64,000 nt of DNA. Origin: Schmidtea nova (taxonomy: Eukaryota). The notes under the pieces were generated by a model, which saw nothing but the letters and a program-made list of their open reading frames with translations, was not told the DNA's origin and did not search any database. This document shows positions 19,605-64,000 of the stretch, piece by piece; within the stretch, counting starts at the first letter, position 1, and every line of letters begins with the position of its first letter. The translations under genes and the position numbers were made by a program. The stretch is from NCBI GenBank assembly GCA_044892505.1, contig CM097882.1, positions 440,138,001-440,202,000 of the forward strand. The letters are read 5' to 3'.

Positions 19605-20477
19605 AATGTGTTGTGACAAATTGATTTAATGGAAATAATTCCCAATTCAAAGATCAATAAAGGATACAAATATATTTTGACTTGTATTGATGTTTTCACT
19701 CAATTTGTTCAAGCTTTTTCAACCAAAACCAAGTCTGCAAACGAAATGGCTGTTGCAATCAAAACAATGTTTAAGTTCGGTTGACCAAAGAATTTGTAAA
19801 CTGATTTGTGTAAGAATATATTCCAATTTTATAAATAGGTAATTATTATTTAGGTAAAGAATTTTACAATAGAAAAGTTAAAGAAATTCTAAAGGGAATC
19901 AATCATTACTCGGTATTCTCTCAATTCAAAGCAGCTCATGTTGAACGATTTAATCGTACATTAAGGGATCGATTAAAAAATTATTTTGTACATCAAGTTA
20001 ATAAAACGTAGATTAATGTATTACCAAAAATAATACATATTTATAATCATTCATCTCATAAAAGTATAAACAGATTGAGACCTGTTGATGTTTCAGCGAA
20101 AAATACTGGAACTCGGAAATAAAATAACTCTTATAACTAAACCTAAATATAAAATAGGTGATCATGTTAGAATTAGTTAAATTAGCATTTCGCCATTCAA
20201 CAAAAACTTTGATAGCGATTGGAGTGATGAGGTATTTCAGATCTCACAAATTAATACTATTCAACATCCAGTTATGTATGTTATTTCTGACTCTGATAAT
20301 AATGTAGTCAGTGGAAAATTTGACGAACAAGAATTACTATTTATTCCTCCATCAACTGTGTTTAGTATTCAATAAATACTAAAAATTAAAATGGTGGGTA
20401 AGGATTAACAATACTATGTAAAATGGCAAGGATATCAAAGCCCGTCATGGATATCAGCAAAAGATCTAGTAAAATGA
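19605..20477 (+). pseudogene. Polinton/Maverick retroviral-type integrase with chromodomain, degraded
   Basis: QIDLME...GYKYILTCIDVF, KAAHVERFNRTLRDRL, PKYKIGDHVRIS, WSDEVF, YYVKWQGY...SWI; several stops. Confidence 0.85.
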
Positions 20478-21300
20478 ATTTTTATACTATTCCACCGAGT
20501 AATAGCTGTCCACTAATACATCCAGATAATCAAGTCAATAAATTCATGGTCGATCTTCAAAATCCAATTTATTTAAACATGAATTGGGAAGTTGCTTTAC
20601 AAGATTTCACGTTTGTGTACAATACATTTCCGTTTTATAGTCAATGTAAAATTGATTACTAAAGAATTAAACCCGTAACGTGTAGCGGTTTTTTAATTAT
20701 CAATAATTTTGAAAAGTTCTATTCAAATCCCAACCAAAATTTGGCTGCTCATTGCAGTATGTTTTTCAACAATGGACGTTTAAATATTAATTGTGATTTT
20801 ACTCTGTATACAATTAAATTTGAAAATATTGAGGGATCAAAACGGATAGGAAGTAATAAACTTAAAATTGTAGGTACAGAGAACGAATATCTATTAAAGT
20901 TTGAACTTTTTGATCAGAATAGTTATAATAAAAGAAGATATTAAATTGACAATATCGTATGACTCAGAAATTGAAGAAACATTTACATTTCCTAATGATT
21001 TATATATTGAACATCTTGATGATTTATCTAACTATTTATCATTTAATTGCTCTCATATATTCAAAACTATGGAGATTAATAAATGGTTCAAATTCAGTCC
21101 TCATGAAAATATTAGTGAAGTTACATTCGATAAAAACTTGGTAAATACATTGGATTATCAATTATGATTTGAACAACTTCATCCTGATTATATTAATTTT
21201 AACGAAAACAATTTCTGGAGAGGAACCAATGAATCACCGACAATTATTGGTTCAATAATGTTACTGTAAATGAACATTTGCTGATGATTAACAAATAATT
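20474..21300 (+). pseudogene. Polinton minor capsid (penton/PZ-like) remnant
   Basis: MNFYTIPPSNS...PDNQVNKFMVDLQNPIYL..NWEVALQDF matches the Polinton FY..LPSNS...WEVAL motif. Its ATG overlaps the integrase stop (ATGA). Confidence 0.65.
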
Positions 21301-21399
21301 TTGGTTTCCCTGTCCCATCAATAATGTTTCTTTCTCGAAATGAGGTTCATTTAAGACCAAGTTTTTTTCGAATTTAAATGAAGCTTTCAATAATTTATT

Positions 21400-23000
21400 T
21401 TAATTGAAATGAAGAAGCTTCTTCTGGGAAATAAAACTTAATTCCTGGTACAACAAGATCACATCCAAATTCTTTCTGTGGCGGAGAGTAACCTGTTGAA
21501 TTGGACTGTTCCTTGTCGTTAGCAGTACCTGAGGTAAAACATCAATCCACCTTTTATTAGTTTTATCCATTGAAGCATTAATTTGAGATTTTAGTTTCCG
21601 ATGGAATCTTTTTACTTTTCCATTGGCTTGTGGATGATAAGCTCATGCTTAATTTCTATTTATTCCAAGAAAATGGTACATACTGGAATAAGGAGCTTGT
21701 AAATTGCCTACCACGATCTGTTACGATTTCGAATGAAATTCCATATCGGAAAATCCATACTTCAATTAGTGATTTTGCCATGGTTTTTGAATCTATATTT
21801 TTAATGGCTTTTACCTCAGGCCATGATGTTTGTCTATCAATCATTGTCAGTAGGTATGACTAACCGTTATTTGCTGGAAGAAATCCAACAATATCAATAT
21901 GGAGAGTATGAAACCGACTATCTGCTGGAAAGGTTTGTAATGGCGCTTTGATATGACGATACACCTTTGATTTTGAGTAGAAATCGCATTGCTGACACCA
22001 CATCTGGACATCCTTTGTCATATTGTGCCATGTATATGAACTCAACATCAAAATCTTGGTGTTTCGTTTTCCTGGATTAGCGACATTGTGAATCATCTGA
22101 AAGGCTTCTCTTCTAAGACTCAGAGGTAATATTAATTTCCCATTTCCCATTTTTCATTAATAATTCATCTTTATTATGCTTCATCTCTTCTTTCTGCTTT
22201 TGTAGTATCTCTTCATTCGGCCACGGGTAAACGTTTTCTAAAACTAATTGAACGTCTGTTCTAGAGAGTACATCAGCAACTTGGTTTTTATTTCCAGGGC
22301 AGTATACTATCTTGTACTGAAATTCGTGAATATATTGGAGATTTCTCCATTGTCTGTTGCTTGAGTCTTTTGGTTGTCCTTGGGTAATTGGTTTGTGATC
22401 CATCTGTATCACGAATTCAGTGACTTCGAGGAAATGACGGAATTGCTTACAAGCTTTGTATATCGCAAGTAATTCTCATCGTATGTACTGTATATGGATT
22501 CTGTCTTCATTAACAATCTGCTAAAAATGATATTGGTAGCATTTTTTGCTCCAGTACTGTTCCAATACCTGTTCCTAAGGTAACTGTTTTCAAAGTGATA
22601 GGTTTCAATTTAAGAAATAAAGCGAGTTCGGTAGTTTTTGTTATATTTGTTTCGCTTCATCAAAACATTTTAGGCCTTCCTCCGTCCAAATTATCTTTTT
22701 TGATTTAGATTTGATAAGTTTATATAGCAATTCTAATTTATTTGCATCCTCCGAAATGAAACGATTATAAAAATTAATTATTTCTAAAAATCTTCTTAGC
22801 TGGTTTGTTGTCTCTGGCAATTTATAATTTTGAATTGTTGACTTTTTCAATTATTGGAGCACGATAAGTTAGATAACAAAACTGACTCCAAGCAAATAAC
22901 CCAATAATTTTAATTGAATTCTAATAAATATTCACGATTGTTTTGTGAAAAACTAAAAATTAGGAATAGATTAAATTTGTAAAATATTAACACTTTCACT
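21400..23000 (-). pseudogene. pol: Degenerate Ty3/gypsy pol remnant (RT end, RNase H, integrase)
   Basis: Fragment ORFs: QLRRFLEIINFYNRFI; DHKP...YCPGNKNQVADVLSR; YTWHNMTKDVQMWCQQC...LHIDIVG; RYGISFEIVTDRGRQFTS. Confidence 0.85.
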
Positions 23001-24711
23001 GCCATATATGAGTAATCTCTTGTTCAATTCTACCAGCCAGCACCAGTTTATTAAATTTTATTACTAAATGATTTGCAATACTATTCTAGAACCAATTGTT
23101 GTCCACTGTGGAGGCACTTGGTAATAAAAGTGTTATTTTTCTTTGTTATTTTGATTTTATTATTATAAGTATTTGGTAAACCCTCATGGAATTTTCCCGA
23201 AAAGATTACATGAATTGTGAAACAGCCTTAGTGGTGTAGCGTCACGAGGTTGACTCTAACTATCTTGACTCTCAGAGTTATGTGGTTCCGCGAGGAGAAC
23301 CATAATTTATCAAATTTACTATTGTAAGGAGAGAGAAGGGAAATCTTAGGTTTCACGTTTAAATTATGATTTTAGTTTTCATGCTTTATTCAATTTGATT
23401 TTTCGTAACATAAACTAATTACTGATTAGGAGACTGTACATGTTATATAATTGAAGGGATAAATTTCAAGTCATTCAAGAGGAGATTTAAATTGTTTGTG
23501 GGATATAAGCAGGATGATTTTTTAGAGGTTTTTAGGAAAAGGTAAGCTTAAATCTGAAATAATATAAAGAGGTAGAAAACTAAGAATTAATAATCCGAAA
23601 GGACCGTAAAGTAGATATATGCACCGCAGTAGGAACGCGAAAGAGAGAATATAGTGAGGAGTAGTTTTGGCAACGAAGCTCACCGGCTCATTAGATTCTC
23701 GCCACCATATACAGTACCAACATAGTTTTCCAAAGAGTAACTATGGTTACACGAGTGAGATAGTCTAACATTTTATGATGGCGTGTGGCTTGCAGTAACC
23801 CTTACTGACAATATAATAACAACCCATATAGTAACAACCCATAGCACACCATCAAAGGAACCAGAATAAAGAGTAATATAACTTTCTATCGGTGGTATCT
23901 GAACACAATGAATTGCCTGGACATTAGCAGTTGCGGAGATTCAGCTTACCTTTAGCAAGCATATTCATACACTTGGTACTGTACCAACGTGTCCACGCAA
24001 TAGATGCCATGTAGGAGGGATAAAGTTTTCATGTTGGTTTAAGTAGGTCAGATGCAAAGTTTAAAACTATATAGAAAAATAAAATTCAAACCACCATAAA
24101 CCAGCAAATTTAACAATTAGGTTAGAACCGCTAAGAACTATTAGTAGAGAACTAATCTCCATAACTTTTACACCGAAATTTACGCAGAACATAAGTTAAT
24201 GAATATAATTTACCTGTTCTAATCGAAACAGCTGAAATTATTTCTTCTAGACTAATAAGCCCAAGAGATTCTTTAAAATTGCGCATAATCAAGACATTAT
24301 ACAGACGCTGTAAACCCAGCCAAAAGATATGCCTCAATCCTAAAAGAAGAACATTGATCAAGAGGCTCGATTCGAATTTTCTAGGAGATCGATCTCATGG
24401 CTCTTGAACTTAGATTGTATTTGGACCAAGAGGATATTATAAGTTCTACAATCATTAATAATTTTTGAGTTGTATGTCTCCTTCATAATAATAAGTGTTT
24501 GTTGCTACTGTCTTGTTAAAGTCACCGATATAGTTAACACTACTGCTAACTTAATTTTAATTGAATACACTTTATTTTATAAAGTTTAAAATTTAAATGT
24601 TTTATAAAATTGTTTTACTGGATATATAACCTTGATAATATTATTAAATCAAATTTATTTTTATTATAATGTGGTTGGAATTTTGTTATTGGAAAATTAA
24701 TTATTTTGCAA

Positions 24712-63666
<38,955 letters not shown>

Positions 63667-64000
63667 GTTAGTTTGCAATTTGAAATGCTATTTATCTTTA
63701 AATCTAATATATTAAATATAAATATTTTTTTTAATATTTTCATTATATTAATATATTAATTTAATTAATCTTTCGCGAGAAGCAAGTCAATATTTAGACT
63801 TATTTCACTTTTCATTTCCGAGCGGTAAGTCTAAATATAGACTGAAATGCTTATTTTTGACGTGGGAGCGATATTCTTACTTTAGTTTATATTTAGACTG
63901 GAATCTTACTCCCACCTTATGGGTACGTATTCATATACTTTTTATTGCCTCTCCAAAATATTTTCATACCAGTAGATGATTTCCTGTCTGTGTGGGAGGG

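Noticed and set aside
23220-24020. Possible solo LTR or PBS of the minus-strand gypsy remnant
   Set aside because: No partner LTR or TSD could be identified; the TGG-type motifs are ambiguous.

Overview
Very AT-rich animal genomic DNA with three N-gaps and 44-51 nt micro-introns. The composition would fit a planarian-type invertebrate, but the species cannot be determined from the sequence. The main feature is a young, structurally complete 13.87 kb Ty3/gypsy-type LTR element (4686-18555, CTAA target duplication, LTRs differing by one 9-bp indel by eye) that looks more like an enveloped virus than a retrotransposon. One ~3038-codon frame (6000-15116, one premature TGA) reads: Gag capsid, RD/RS-rich region, CCHC knuckle, ubiquitin-like domain, AT-hook, Bcl-2-like domain, signal/anchor, chuvirus-like glycoprotein with TM, protease, RT, RNase H, integrase, second signal, FN3-like domain, Thr-rich stalk, TM. 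A second ORF carries an apparently inactive ISG20/REXO4-like DEDDh exonuclease fold and an acidic region, and ends inside the 3' LTR. From 24712 to the window end lies a host kinesin-3 gene (STARD9/KIF16-like; 10 exons reconstructed, continuing beyond the window). Its large introns are filled with hAT, mariner, pogo, piggyBac-type MITE and Polinton-like debris, including a 111-bp tandem array encoding an open 37-aa repeat protein. A divergent ANKRD13-like gene fragment, a Polinton integrase/penton remnant and a degenerate gypsy remnant are also present. All protein family calls come from motif recognition by eye, not database searches.
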